DNA of 64,000 nucleotides from Octopus vulgaris. Its lineage: Eukaryota. The DNA lies in assembly GCA_951406725.2 (NCBI GenBank), contig OX597815.1, positions 71,424,001 through 71,488,000 of the forward strand, given 5' to 3'. Positions 12,263 through 26,082 of this stretch are shown here, one piece after another (the first letter of the stretch is position 1; each line of letters begins with the position of its first letter). The position numbers and the translations under genes were made by a program. The notes under the pieces are model-generated. The model worked only from the letters and a program-made list of their open reading frames with translations, made no database searches and was not told the DNA's origin.

Positions 12263-12960
12263 TTGGATTGGCAACTAAGTTCCCGCTGTTTTATTAAATT
12301 TAAATTTTTTAAAAGGTTTAATAAAAAATAACTAATTAATCAATAATGTATTCACCCTTGTTGTTTACAACCTCTTCCCAACATTCAACAAGATTTTCAA
12401 TACCTCATTGGTAGAAATCACCCGATTTCAACTCGAAAAATTGATCTAACCAAGCTCTCAATTCTGCATCAGTATTGAACGAAACTCCATGCATAGCATT
12501 TGAAAGAGATCGAAAGAGGTGGAAATCTGTTGGTGCCAAATCAGGAGAGTATGGCGGGTGTGGCAGCACTTCCCAGCCATGCTTTTGAATGGCTTCCTTG
12601 GTCATATTGGCGATATGAGGGCAGGCATTGTTGTGCGGAACTCCATGCTGCCGATTAGGTCTTTTCTCTTGAATAGCCATGTTGAGTCGTTCCATCAGTT
12701 GAACATAGAGTTCCGTGTTGACCATATGGTTCCATTCAAGCAATTCATAATGGATAATCCCTTTCCAGTCCCACCATACACACAACATTGTTTTATGCAG
12801 ATGAAGATCTTGTTTCATGCACGGTGTCGCTTGTTTACCAGGGCTAAGCCATTCCTTATGCTGCTTCATATTGATGTACAGGCACCATTTTTCGTCTCCA
12901 GTAATGAATCAGTAAAGAAATCGTTACTTGTGTCCATGAGTTGAACAGTGACAAGCAAGC
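12263..12960 (-). mobile_element. mariner transposon 3' half, probably mellifera subfamily
   Basis: TIR TA|TTGGATTGGCAACTAAGT at 12261. Reads ITGDEKWCLYINMKQHKEWLSPG..MLCVWWD..HNNACPH (D to N)..HPPYSPDLAPTDFHLF..GEYIID* with the stop at 12336. Confidence 0.88.
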
Positions 12961-15900
12961 ACACATACACACACACACACACACATGCACATATACACAC
13001 ACTATCTTTCATTTGAATATGAAATTGAGACTGATTTAAAACATTTTTCTTTTTATCATGGATGCAAGATTTGCATTTTGACATATTTGTTTTTGAATTA
13101 ATGGAACTCAAAGTGCAGACAAGTTATGAATAACACCATGTGAAGATTGGGCTGTAAAATCTCTTTTTGGATACCACAAGTTGAAGACTGCTGATGGGAC
13201 ATAAACCTACATTTGTAAACATGACAAGTGTTCCACCATGGGACCAAAATCATCCTTCGAATTTCTCTATCCATTTTTGTAACTTTATTCTTATCAGCGA
13301 GAATTGTATGTTATTGACATCCATAAGAGTTTATAAATTTTTGAGAGAACATGAAATAATTCTTTTTTTTGGAATAGTGGATCTTGAAGCTTACACAGAG
13401 TAAAAGGGTAAAGATCCCCTTTGGTCATGAATGACCATGGGATTGCACCTGGTACATCTCAGGGCAAGGTTGTTTATGGAAGACCAGCAGTTGCCTTTGC
13501 GTACCAGCCTCTCCTCTCTGCACTACTGATGTTATCCTGGGATGGTCAAAGGCCAATACAGCTTGGCACTAGTGATGTTACAACTCATTTCTACAGCTAA
13601 GTGAACTTGAGCAACATGACATGAAGTGTCTTGCTCAAGAACATAGCCCAATCCAAGAATTGAACTCACTACCTCATGATTGTGAGCCTGACCACTGAGT
13701 CATGCACCTTAATACTATGAATACATGTAAATATTAGGTTGAGAATATTTATAGCTTTATGTGTACTTTGAGACCCTCTATTCCTAAAAAAAATTTCAAG
13801 CTGGTAAATTCTCTCAAGTCAGTAAATTCTTTTGATATATGCAAATGTTTTATCCCAAAATTCCTTTTCTAAGACTACAGTTTCAGCATTTTCATCAATT
13901 CAAGGTTAATCTGTGAGGTTCTGAGTTCTACTGTATGGCATGTACCTTATACACTAGCTTCTGATTGACCAATATCTTGTGAGTGGAATCAAAAAGAGCA
14001 TCCAGCTTTAAAAATCCTGCCTCAATTTTTAACCCTGTCTAACCATGCTACCTTGGAAAAACAGACATTAAATGGAACAAATGAGCAATTGAAATTAGCC
14101 TTGCATGTTTTCAGAGGAAATCAATATATATATTCAAAGATATAATCAGCCTCAGACAAATTCTAGCAGCTGTATTCTAAAGATCTTGTAAGGTTGTAAC
14201 CATGTAAGGGCTAGAAATTATTAATAATTAGCTACTTTTGATACTAATTACATTGTAAACTTATTATTTATTCAAAGTCAGTAGGCATCACATGGCACCT
14301 GTGATGTTCTCACTAAGTTGAGTCTTTGAGACAGTTTTAGTTCCCAGTTGGAATACTTCAATTATATTTTTAATGGCTTCACAGTTATGGGTGGGTGGAT
14401 GATCGTGATGACTAAGAATGGGGAAAAGGCACAAACATTACAGCATGTGCCTTCCTCTCAAAGAATCCCAGACTTTGAAACCACGTGAAAGAAAATTTTA
14501 TTTATTCAATGAAAATTGTAACATGAATTGCTTCCATCTGTCTTACATTTTTACAAGACAAAGTGTTTCTGTTTATGTGCGTGAGTTTCTCTGAACTAGC
14601 ATGGATGGTTCAGTGGTTTTTGGAACTAGATAACATCTGGAATTGGTTGTGCAGGTGTTTTACATCTGAATGTGCATTCTGAGACAAATCAGTCGGTCGA
14701 CTGGTTGGTGCAATAGCTTAGTGCTTTTATGATTATGTGGTTAAGAAGCTTGCCTAGCAAGCACATGATTTTATCTTCAGTCCCACTGCATGGTCCTTTT
14801 ACTATAGCTTCAGGTTAACCAATGCCTTGTGAGTGAATTTGTTTCACAGAAACTGTGTGGAAGCCCATCATATGTATGTATTTGTATGTGTATGTATGTA
14901 TCATGTATTCATATTGGTGTGTATGTCTGTGTTTGACAACCACTGTTGACTTGTTTAAGTTCGCATAACTCCTGATGGTTCAGCAAAATAATTATTGGGA
15001 TCAAATTGTTCAACTAACATCCATTTAAGGTGGTGCTTGAACATGGCTGAAGTCCAATGTATTATGTGCTTGTGTGTCTGTGTATAAAGTATAAAGACTG
15101 GTTTATTCTTCCTTTTTCTTTTTTTTTTTTTTTGAAAGTCACTGCTTAATTTTAAAAAGAAACCTATTTATTCTGTAGCTTCGCCCTAAGATATTCAAAT
15201 AATCATACATGTGTACACTAATGACAGTATATTCATTTGTTCATTTAACATTTGTTTTCCATGCTAGCATGGGTTGGCTGGAGACTTATGTGAAGCTGGA
15301 TTTTATGGTTGGATGGCTCTTCTTGTGGCCAACCTTTATTTGTTTTTGAAGGAATAGATTTCTCTTATTCCTCAGATCTTTGAAACATCAGATCTTTACC
15401 ATTTCACTCAAGTAGTAATAAGGGTATGATACCAACATTCATGCTCATGTATGTACATACACATGAGTTCACAACCCCGCCACACGCATGCATACATATA
15501 CAGCAGACTTTGTACAGTTTCCTTCTGCCCAAATTCTTTGATAGGGCAGTGATCTGAATTTAAAAAGCTAGAAAAGATTCATTGTTAGGGATCTTACCCA
15601 ACTCTCTAAGAGTTACATCATCATCATCATCATTTAATGCCTAGTTTTCATGGTTGGATGCATAGTTTTCATGGTTGGACATGGGCTAGTAAGGCTAGGG
15701 GTTGTGACAGGCTAGCTTCGACAATCCACTATTCTGGATTGGTATTTTTTTTTATAAACCCTGAGAAGATGAAGGCAAAGTTGACTGTGGCAAGATTTGA
15801 ACTCAGAGCACATAGTGTCAGAATAAATACCATGAGGTATTCTATCCTACACTGTAACGACTCTGCCAAGTCATTGTCTATATTTTTAACTGCTAGTAAT

Positions 15901-17029
15901 ATTGTTGTTGTTGTTGTCGTTTAGTTTGAACAAAGGGAGCATCTCTTTGATTGAAACCTAATGATACTTAGATGTGGTTAACACATCTTAATACATTCCA
16001 GTTAAATTCTTATATATTAGCAGTTGATAGGAAGCTTATGTAGGCTGATTTCCATTGCATTGCACTTTTGAGAGAGATAAATTGTACAGTAGGATCTCGG
16101 GTAAATTTTCAGGCAGTCATTCTATTTGTTCATAAGTAGACTGATTAAAAATATTTTTAAAATGTTAATTTATTTTGATATTTATATATGTATACTTTTC
16201 GATGATTATTTGTTTTCAATTTTGTTTCCAACCCCTACACTCATAGCTAATCCTTGACGGTGTTCTACCTTTTTTTGCAACAGATTTCCATGCACACCTG
16301 TTGGAGTACAATGTAGAAAAGATTCCTGTGTGCTGCAAACAATACTGATTATTATATGCACTGCCAACATTGAAATATCATTGGTTACTTGTTTTCATCC
16401 AATCAGCTTAAAAGGTTTGTTTTATCTATTCATTTTGTATTACAACTGAATTTGGGTTTTTTATTTATTATTATTTATTTATTTTTTGTTTGTGATTAGT
16501 GTTTGAAGCAACTTACTTTTTTTTTTTGTTTCTTCCCAAAGGGGTGCATGATGTAAATTTGTGACATTTACGTATTTCAAAAAAATGTTATTTAATTAAA
16601 AAAATTTTTTAAAAATTGCTTTTTGTCAAATACATTGCATTTACTGCACAAATGCTTTGAAGCAATACATTTTTAGTTTCACACAAACTTGCCATTTTTG
16701 TCTCCTGTAAACTTGAAATTTCATCTCTGATATAAGAATATTAATACTTTTGGTACCAATCTGCTGGAGAAAAAAGACCTTGTTTTACTATTTGTAATGA
16801 TTCATTTTAATTAAAGGTTTATATCATAATCTTTTGTGAGAATCTTTAGCTAAGTTATGTTAACCTCTCAGAACCAGCATAACATGGAAATAAATGCAAA
16901 AGTGAAATAGGAAAAAAATTTTTACTAAATATCTTTGAACTGAAAAACATAATCTGTATATTTCATCAGAAGTTTAATCACAGAAGGGTTGATATTCATA
17001 TTGTTAAAAACTTATTGGGTCGTAAATAT

Positions 17030-17460
17030 GTAAAGTGTGAGATTGAGAGAACCTTGTCTTCAATCTGACTGTCTCTCTAGTACTGGTACCATAACATGTA
17101 CCTAGTTCACCCTTTAAAGTGTGTGGTTGGAAGTACCTTTTAGTCTTCAACATGACAGCCTCTGTAGTGCTGGTGCCATGATAACCTGTACCCAGTTCAA
17201 TCTGAAGTGTAGGGGTCAAGAGTAATCTCCAGTCTTGTCAGATACATGTCAACCTCTCTAGTGCTGGTGTCACTGATAAAATGCACCCACTACATTCTGT
17301 GAAGTGATTGCTGTTAAAAAAGGCATCTAGCTGTAGAAACCACACCAGAATGAAACTTTCAAGTGAGATGTGATCTTCAGATTAGTCTAGGAGAGCAATA
17401 CTGACCTGTCCCACACATTCCAGCACAGAAATTGGATGTAAAACAGTGATGATGATGATA
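17030..17460 (+). repeat. Degenerate ~80-bp tandem units derived from the RTE 3' UTR, ending in an RTE tail
   Basis: CTCT(C/G)TAGT(A/G)CTGGT..C(C/T)AGTTCA..AAGTG recurs three times, followed by GGCATCTAGCTGTAGAAAC and (GAT)n. Confidence 0.55.
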
Positions 17461-17724
17461 ATGGTCGTAAATGCATTATAATTTCTTAGATTTATCATCA
17501 TCATTTTACATCTGCTTTTCCTTGCTGGCAATTGTTGGACAGGTTTTCTTAAGCAATGCTTTATAGCTGGATGCCCTTCCTCTTGTCAGCCACTTTAGTT
17601 ATTTTATCACATTTAGGAACAATTACAATTCATTTGATTCTGGTTAGTATGGGTTAGATAAATCTACAAATTTTTGATACTTGCATAAACAAGTCATACA
17701 TCTTCAATTGTTTGTCTATCTCTG

Positions 17725-17772
<48 letters not shown>

Positions 17773-20700
17773 ATTATTAACTGCAATTATGTGAACACCT
17801 TCATTAGCTTACCGTTGCTTCTGCTAAAGAAGCAGTGCACTCAGAGCTGAATGCTTGTGCAACATCTTTTAACCCTCTCAGAGCCATTAAAATGAAATGT
17901 ATGCTTATTTTAGGAAGCATTTAAATACATGCCTAAGCAATATCACAATATATATATAAATATAAACATAAACACCAATTCACTATTATAATTTAAGCAA
18001 ATATCGGATTATTTCCAAGAACAAATATAGGAAAACAGCTGAAGTACAAAAACAGGTAAACTAAATTTTCAAATCAAAATGAAACATTGAAAGCTCTCAG
18101 CCCTCTCACCCAATAACGTAATAAATAGCTTAGAAGCCATTCTTTTTCATTAATTAAACAGTCTATCCCATATACAGTGCAGGATGGGATGGCATTTCAT
18201 ATTGCATAACTGAAATAGTTACATTTGAGCCGAAATGACTGGGACTACATAGTTACAAAGTAATGTATGTAAAAATAAGGATTTTGATTTAAATCAAAAG
18301 TTATTTTCCTTAAGGGTCATCATCATCGTTTAATGGACATGTTCTATGCTGACATGGATTGGGTGATTTGCTGCTCCAGTATCTTATTCTATAGCTGAAT
18401 GTCCTTCTTAACACCAACCACTTTACAGTGTATACTGGGTGCTCTTCTCATGCCACCCACACAAGTGAAGTCACCATGCAGCTTGCAAGATTGTAAATCC
18501 TGAGATTGGAGGCTTTATGCTTGGAGATGATGAGTTAAAGTATGACAGAAGGAGAGTAATCAGGGTGGAGCTGGAAAGAGGTAAAAATAGTGGTGATGAG
18601 GTATCCGGATGGACTCTCAAGGTATGCGGTGAGTAGATGTGAGCGGTGGCAGAAGTAGCAAGAGTGTGGGTGGGTAGAAGTTGCAAGAATGTGTTGGAGA
18701 GTGAGATGGGCAATAGTTGGGGGAGATATTATGAGTGAAGAACAAGTGTTGAGGGGTGGATATAGTGAATGGTAGATAAGGGGTGGTGGGCAGTAAGTAG
18801 AATGTGAAACTGACAAAACAATTTTTTATAGACAGAAATCGAAGAATTTGTGGAGAATAAATCAAAAATGCACTTTTTAAAAAATAATTGAAATATGAAC
18901 ACAGATTGAAATAAATATTTTCTTTAAAAATACAATTCAAAATGAAATTCAAACTTCAATAAAAAATAAATTTAGTTTCTTTTTTTTAATTTAATTTGTT
19001 TTGATTTCAGTCTAAGTTTGTATTTGAATTTTAAATTATTATTATTATTCTTGTAATTTGTGTTTATGGAAACTTTTGTCTTTCCATCAATTTGAAAATA
19101 TAAAATAAAACATAAAAAAACCCATTTTAATCTAAATATCATGAAGACGTATATTAGAGTAAATTGTGTGTGAGTGTATGCATTGGTATATATGTGTGTG
19201 TGTGAGTTCTTTGTGTATACTATTTGAACATAATGGATTGGTGTGTAGTCATCAACAAATTAACAAGATTGTTGTTATTGGATTTGATGGACTACCATAA
19301 GAAAGCAATCAAATATATAGTTTGTATGTAGTGTATGCAAAGTATATTATATATATATATCATCTGTGTGTACGTTATGTATGTATGTATGTATGTTTGC
19401 TATGTATTTATTCACACTATATTTACAATATAGTGTTTTTGTTTTTTAACTTGTTAAACATTATGTATAGTGTATTAAAATTAAGAGGTTTTTTCCCCAC
19501 ATTCTTTGTTTTCCATTATTCACTATTAGGGCACAGGCATGGCAATGTAGTTCAGAAGTTTGCTTTGTGCTACATGGCTACTGGTTCAGTCTTGTGACTG
19601 GTACCTCTGGCAAGTGTCCTCTACTGTATGCGCAGGCCACCCAAAGCCTTAGTAATGGATTTGGTAGACAGAAACTCTTTATGTGTGTGTCCTTGTCTTG
19701 ACAACTCACAGTATTTATATGTAAATGTCACTGTCATACAAATGAAAACATGTCCTGCCATTGTGCTGTTCACATTTGAAGGTTTAAGGGAAAATATTTA
19801 CCTGGCTTGGAAACAGGTGAGGGTTTGCGACAGGAAGAGCACCTGACTATAGACAATCTGCTTCAACAAATTTCATTTGACCCATGTAATCATGGGAGAA
19901 TGGACATTAAAATGATTGATAATAATATTGATGATGATGTTGATATTCAAGGTGGTTTCCCAGCATGGCTGCAGCCCAGTGACTGTAATGAGTAAAAAGA
20001 ATAAATAATAATTTGCTGTGAGGAGTATCGATCATCTTGGTCAACCAAATTTCAAATACTTTGTTTTTCCTTTTTTTTTTTTCATTTCATGTACAGTGAT
20101 TATGTGCTAAAAATTTGAATACATTTTCTGAATCCTTTAATCTTTAGTGTATGGAAATATTAAAATCAGTTACCATATTACAAACATTAACTATTACTGT
20201 GTACAAGTTACTGTATTAGAATATTGAATTAATCTAAATGTGTCTATGATTAGAAAACTCATTATATATATAGATCATAGTGATAGACTAATTACGCACT
20301 TTGATGTAAACTAAGATCAATCTCATTAGCTGACCACCTCTCCTAAGTGGTCAAGAAATTCTTTTTGTTTAACTCATGGATCACAAATGTAATTCAATAA
20401 TAAAATTGATTACAACAAATATGATTACAGCATGGGATATTCTAGTGGTCATTATCTAATTAATTAACAAATCAAGTAAATATGCAGGAAAAGCTGTTGG
20501 CACTGACTCTATAGTGTTAGTGGTGGTAGTAGTAGCAGGAGCAACAGCTGTAGTTGTAATTGTAGTAGATTTCCCCAGTTATTTGTTACAGCTTCATCAT
20601 AAGTTACACGATTCTCTGAAATAGCCTGCCAATAAAAGCACATTTCTCTGGAATCTGTTTATTTTCTTTCTCGGATTTGAAAAGGAGAATTTTTCCCAAA

Positions 20701-21264
20701 ATATCAGCTCATTAAATAACCTATATAAATATATTTTCTCTTAGTTTACATTTATTGACATCACTATACTCACTTTGATCATCTCCTCACTTGCATTACT
20801 TAAAGAATGTTGCGAACATTTACCTCATAAGTATATTGTTTCTAATTTTGGCATAAAGCCAGGAATTTTCAGGGAAGGAGTTAGTTGATACCATCAATCT
20901 TTGTACTTGAGTGATACTTTATTTTATCAACCCTAGAGTGATGAAAAGTAGTGTTGAACTCTATAGGATCTGACTCAGGATGTAAAAAGTTACAATAAAT
21001 AGCATAGAGATTTTTATCCAATTCCATAATGTTTCTGCCTTAATTGAAGTTGTACATGAGACCATCTGCAACCCTTGCTTTTGGTAAGGTACTTTTGGGG
21101 TTACAGAATCAGTGCTATCAGATGCCTTGTGAAAGGGACGTTCCTCAATGGAAGTGGTTCCTATAAAGAAAACAACCAGGATTGTTGATGCTTGTGGTGC
21201 AGATGGCTGATGTATTATTTAGTTTTGAAAAGACTCATTTTCAAACGCTCTTGTTGAAGGCTAC

Positions 21265-21515
21265 ATAGTTGATATGACTATTGGCATACTTAACGTGACT
21301 GCCATAGTCAAGTGACTATTGTTATAGTTGACATGACAAGCATCATAACTGACATCATAGGTGAAATGACTAGCACCATTGCTGACATGACAAGCATCAT
21401 AACTGACATCATAGGTGAAATGACTAGCACCATTGCTGACATGACTAGCATCATAGCTGGCATGCCTATCATCATAGCCAATGTGACAAGAATCATAGTT
21501 AACATCACTATAATC
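21265..21515. repeat. Minisatellite: 54-bp unit x2.5 built on a ~21-bp subunit
   Basis: TGACATGACAAGCATCATAACTGACATCATAGGTGAAATGACTAGCACCATTGC is repeated exactly. Confidence 0.85.
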
Positions 21516-22304
21516 ATCATCATCATCATCGGGCCATTTCTCCTGGATGGACCCAAACAACTGCATCTGCCTCAAAGTTAGAATTTTTCACTTGCTTTTT
21601 ATGGTTGGATATGTTTCCTAAGACCAACTACTTTATCAAAGCTTGTCATATATATGTGTGCATATGTGTGTGTGCGTGTGTGTCAGAGAGAGAGAGAGAG
21701 TTTTTGTGTCTCCATGTCTTGACATCACATGCTAATTGTCAATAAACATCACTGTTGTACAAGCAGTGTCATTCGTTTGTAATCCTTTAACAAAAACATC
21801 CAGTAAGTGTGACTGGACATGTTTTCATGGGGAAATGTCACCTTACTTAGAAACATGAGGGTAGGTGACAAAGAAGAGCATCAGTCATAGAAAATATGAC
21901 TCAATGAATTTTGTCTGATCCCTATGAACATGGAAAAGTGGACGTTAAATAATAATGCTATGCACCTCTCTTTATCTCAACACATGTACATTATAATCAT
22001 CATCATTTAATGACCATGTCTCCTGATGACATGGGTTGGACAGTTTGACAGGATCCGATGGGTCCAAGGAATGTATAATGATCCAGTGTCTGCTTTTGTA
22101 TGGCTTCTATGACTGGATGCCCTTGCTAATGTCAACCACTTTAAAGCATGTACTAGGGTCCTGGGGGCTTTTTCTTTCTTTTATTTTGTGTCACCTGCAC
22201 TAGTGAGGTCACCATGCAGCTTTCAAGACTATAAAATCCAAGGTGGAGTGGGGGAAGGACAGCTTTATTATGTGTGCTGGGATTAAAATTATCACATCAT
22301 TATC

Positions 22305-22337
<33 letters not shown>

Positions 22338-22561
22338 TGTATGTGTGTGTATGTTGGGGTGTGTGTGTATGTGTATATATATATATATACACACATATGC
22401 ACCAAGCATGGTTGTGTTGTAAGAAGCTTGCTTCCCAACCACATGATTTCAGGTTCAGTCTCACTGTATGGCACCTTGGGCAAGTGTCTTCTGCTATAGC
22501 CTCAGGCTGACCATAGGCTTGTGAGTGGATTTGGTAGATGGTAACTGAAAGAAGCCTGTTC

Positions 22562-22593
<32 letters not shown>

Positions 22594-23088
22594 TCAAAAC
22601 AATTTGATTCAGACTGTTTGGTATTCTGAGTTTCAAGCATGTCACTAGACTTCAGCCATTGGGATCTGAATGAGAGTTCAATTGAAGAGAGTCGATGTTT
22701 ACTATTGTACATTAGCTTGCGATTGGTCAAGAAAGGTCAAGCGATATATGGCTTGATGTTGGTATTTCAGCAACAGCAATTAGTTGGAAAATACCTCATG
22801 GTGAACAGGGAATAGATTATGCGGTGGACAAGAATTTGGTCGTGTGGTTGGGGGGAAGTAGGAAAGGGCAGTAGATGTGAAGGTATATATGTATATATGT
22901 ACACTCATTCAGACCCCAATGGCTGTAAACTAGCCACACACTTGAAACTCAGAGTGCCAAGGAGTCTGAATCAAACTCCTGTGCTGAGTACCTTTCTTTT
23001 GTTTGTCTACTCACTCGTTTATATATGTGTGTGTGTCTAGTACCTGTCCTCTGGTGCTCCCCTATATTTCTGCACCCCCCCCCATAAA

Positions 23089-23330
23089 AAAAGCACCATC
23101 CGAACGTGGCCGATGCCAGACCCCTCTGGCACCTGTGCAGGTGGCACGTAAAAAACACCCACTACACTCGCGGAGTGGTTGGCGTTAGGAAGGGCATCCA
23201 GCTGTAGAAACCCTGCCAGACTAGACTGGAGCCTGGGGCAGTCCCGAGCTCCCCAGACCCCGGTCAAAACCGTCCAACCCGTGCTAGCGCGGAAAACGGA
23301 CGTTAAACGATGATGATGATGATGATGATG
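23089..23330 (+). mobile_element. RTE LINE 3' UTR copy with (GAT)n tail
   Basis: GGCACGTAAAAAACACCCACTACACTC..GGCGTTAGGAAGGGCATCCAGC..GGAAAACGGACGTTAAACGATGATGAT matches 29524-29770 in reverse. Confidence 0.85.
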
Positions 23331-23565
23331 ATATATATATATATATGTATGTATATATGTATGTGTATCTTTGTTTGCCCCCCATTGCTTAACAACTGAT
23401 GTTGGGTGTGTTTAACTTAGTGGTTCAGCAAAAGTGATAGACAGAATAAGTCCTGGGGTTGATTTCTTCAACTAAAAACAAACCCTTCAAGGTAGTGCTC
23501 CACCATGGCTGCAGTCAAATGACTGAAACAAGTAAAAGAATAAAAGGATATATATATATATATAT

Positions 23566-24121
23566 ATACGAGCACACCCCCCTCTCGTCCAATGGATGGT
23601 GCTGAGTTGTCAAACATTTAAACCAAATGTTCTCAAAACAACTTGTCCGACCATCCCATAGGCTTCCCCTTTGAGGAACACTGATTTAACCTAAATTTGA
23701 GACACCAGCAAAAGAAGAAATAAAGATAGACTTTTTTTCTATTCCAAAGAAAAACGATTTTATTCACACAAATATGCAACCGAAGAGTTAAAGTACCAGT
23801 AATGATAAGGCTGTTGACTGGGAGAACACAAACATGGTTTAAATAGTAAGCTTGGCAGGAAAGAAACGTGCCTTTAAGCAGTACAAAACAACAAAAAATG
23901 GAAGGTGCAGTTATGTAAAGGTTGATGAAAGAAAAGCAGGACAAAAACGGCTTTATCGATCGCATTTTCACCTGGAATCAATTTTTGTAATTTTTTCAAG
24001 ACTTATACACTTCATGATACCATATCAAATTTGAGCGCAATCGGATGGAGGATGCCCAAGATCCGAGAAGACACACACACACAGACAGACAGACAGACAG
24101 AACAGATTTTATATAAGAGAT
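23566..24121 (+). mobile_element. Helitron-like non-autonomous element
   Basis: Begins after (TA)n and ends CAAATTTGAGCGCAATCGG..(ACAG)n..TTTTATATAAGAGAT, as is typical of Helitron-derived repeats. Confidence 0.5.
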
Positions 24122-24794
24122 ATGACAATCTTCCTACAAGATGAGAAGCTCCAAAACAAATGAGATTGCCAATGCCAAAGCAAGATTTAATTGCAGACAT
24201 AAATCATATTGTTGAGATATTACAAATATCTTTTGTTGATGTTGATTCTCTTTGCAAGTGAAATGGGGGTGGAGACCATAGAAGAGCTTGATAAACACAC
24301 GCTTATGAAATACCATTAAATACTGCAGACTCCATATTTTTTTTTGTTATTTCACTATGTTGCTGTTTTATTTGTTTTTGTTTTGTTTTGCATGGTGGGT
24401 TTTAATGTTATGTCATATAACATATTCATCTACACCTTAATTGGGATGAAAAAATGGAAAAGTGAAAAGGAACTTGGTCTGTATGAGATGAGACTCTTGT
24501 AGATATAGACATTCACACTCATTTTTCTCACCCTTTTTTTACAATATTCCTGTATACTTGAAACGGTGTTTACATTCTTCACTTTTGTTCTTGTTATGTA
24601 AACTTACACACACACACTCAGTGTCTAACCAATGTCCTAGGTGTCTGTCTCTCTCTGTCAGTAAAAGACAGCAAGCAATTGCAGAATATGAAATAAATGA
24701 ATATGTGTGTAGGGTGGGAAATGGGGTGGGAGTTGTTATTTGATGATAAAATGTAAAATAAAAGAATTTTTTTTACTTGTCTTTCCCATTACAC

Positions 24795-24912
24795 CTCCAT
24801 CTACAATCACCACCACTGCTACCATCACTACTACTACTACCACCACCATCACTACTATTACCACCACCATCACTACTACTACTACCACCACCACCTTTAC
24901 TACTACTGCTAC
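24795..24912. repeat. (ACC/ACT)n trinucleotide repeat
   Basis: Direct reading. Confidence 0.9.
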
Positions 24913-25726
24913 CCTTCTCTTTTTGTTTCTGTTATTCTTTGTTAAAACCAACCTCTACCCAACTCATATTAGGTGTGGAGTGTTGGTGATTTGCCTTTGT
25001 TTTTCCTTCCACCCCTTCAATTATTCATCCCTCCCCATGCACACACACATACAAATGCATGCACACACACACATACATGCACATATGCAATCCATTTTTG
25101 TACTTATGTGGGAGAGAGGGGTGTGTGTCCCTTGTTTCTTTCTTATAGTTCTCTTTCTCTTGTCCATCCCTGAACACACTTTTGTTTTTTTTTTCTCCAA
25201 CCTCCCACATCTTAACAGCCACCCTGTTCCCCACCTCCAGGTCTTATGGTGGTGGTGTGGTAGTGGTGATGGTGGCAGTAGGGGGTTGCAGTGGTGGTGG
25301 TGGTGGTTGAAGTGGTGATTGGTGGTGATTGGCAGTGGTAGAGGTTGCAATTATTTTTGTTTAGGAAAGAAAAGAAACTCCATAAGTTTAGAGATCAGGA
25401 TTAGATAGTGAGCAGAAGCCTCTCTCTGCTTGCTCTGTGTGTGTGTGTGGATGTAATCAGACAGGCAGACTTGTGCACTATGGATAAAAGAGAAAGCTAT
25501 ATAGTGGTTGTTAGTGGTAGGATGGGGCAGGGTGGAGGTAGATTGGGCAGTTGATAATGATGATGAGGAATATACAGTGACAGAGAGAGGTAGAGATGCA
25601 AAAGACAATAGGGGGAGAATGCACATGCATGTATGCAAGTTTGCATCCACCAGACAATGCACAACATAAAAATATATTGTTGGAGATTGACCAGCAGTTC
25701 TTTTCAGTGGGATTAGCAGTGTGTGT

Positions 25727-25778
<52 letters not shown>

Positions 25779-26038
25779 TAATATATACACCAGTTTATGT
25801 GTATGTGTGGTTATATATATGTGTGTGTATTTATGCATGTGTATGTATATATATATATGTGTGTGTGTGTATACCTGTTTGTGTGTGTTTATGTAATATA
25901 TACAGATAGATATAGATGTGTGTATATATATGTATAGATGTGTATCTGCATGTATGTGTGAGTGTACATGTGTGTGTGTGTATGTGTGTATTTGTGTATT
26001 TGTGTCATTAGTAGATGCTCATTCACAAAACTCATGAG

Positions 26039-26039
<1 letters not shown>

Positions 26040-26082
<43 letters not shown>

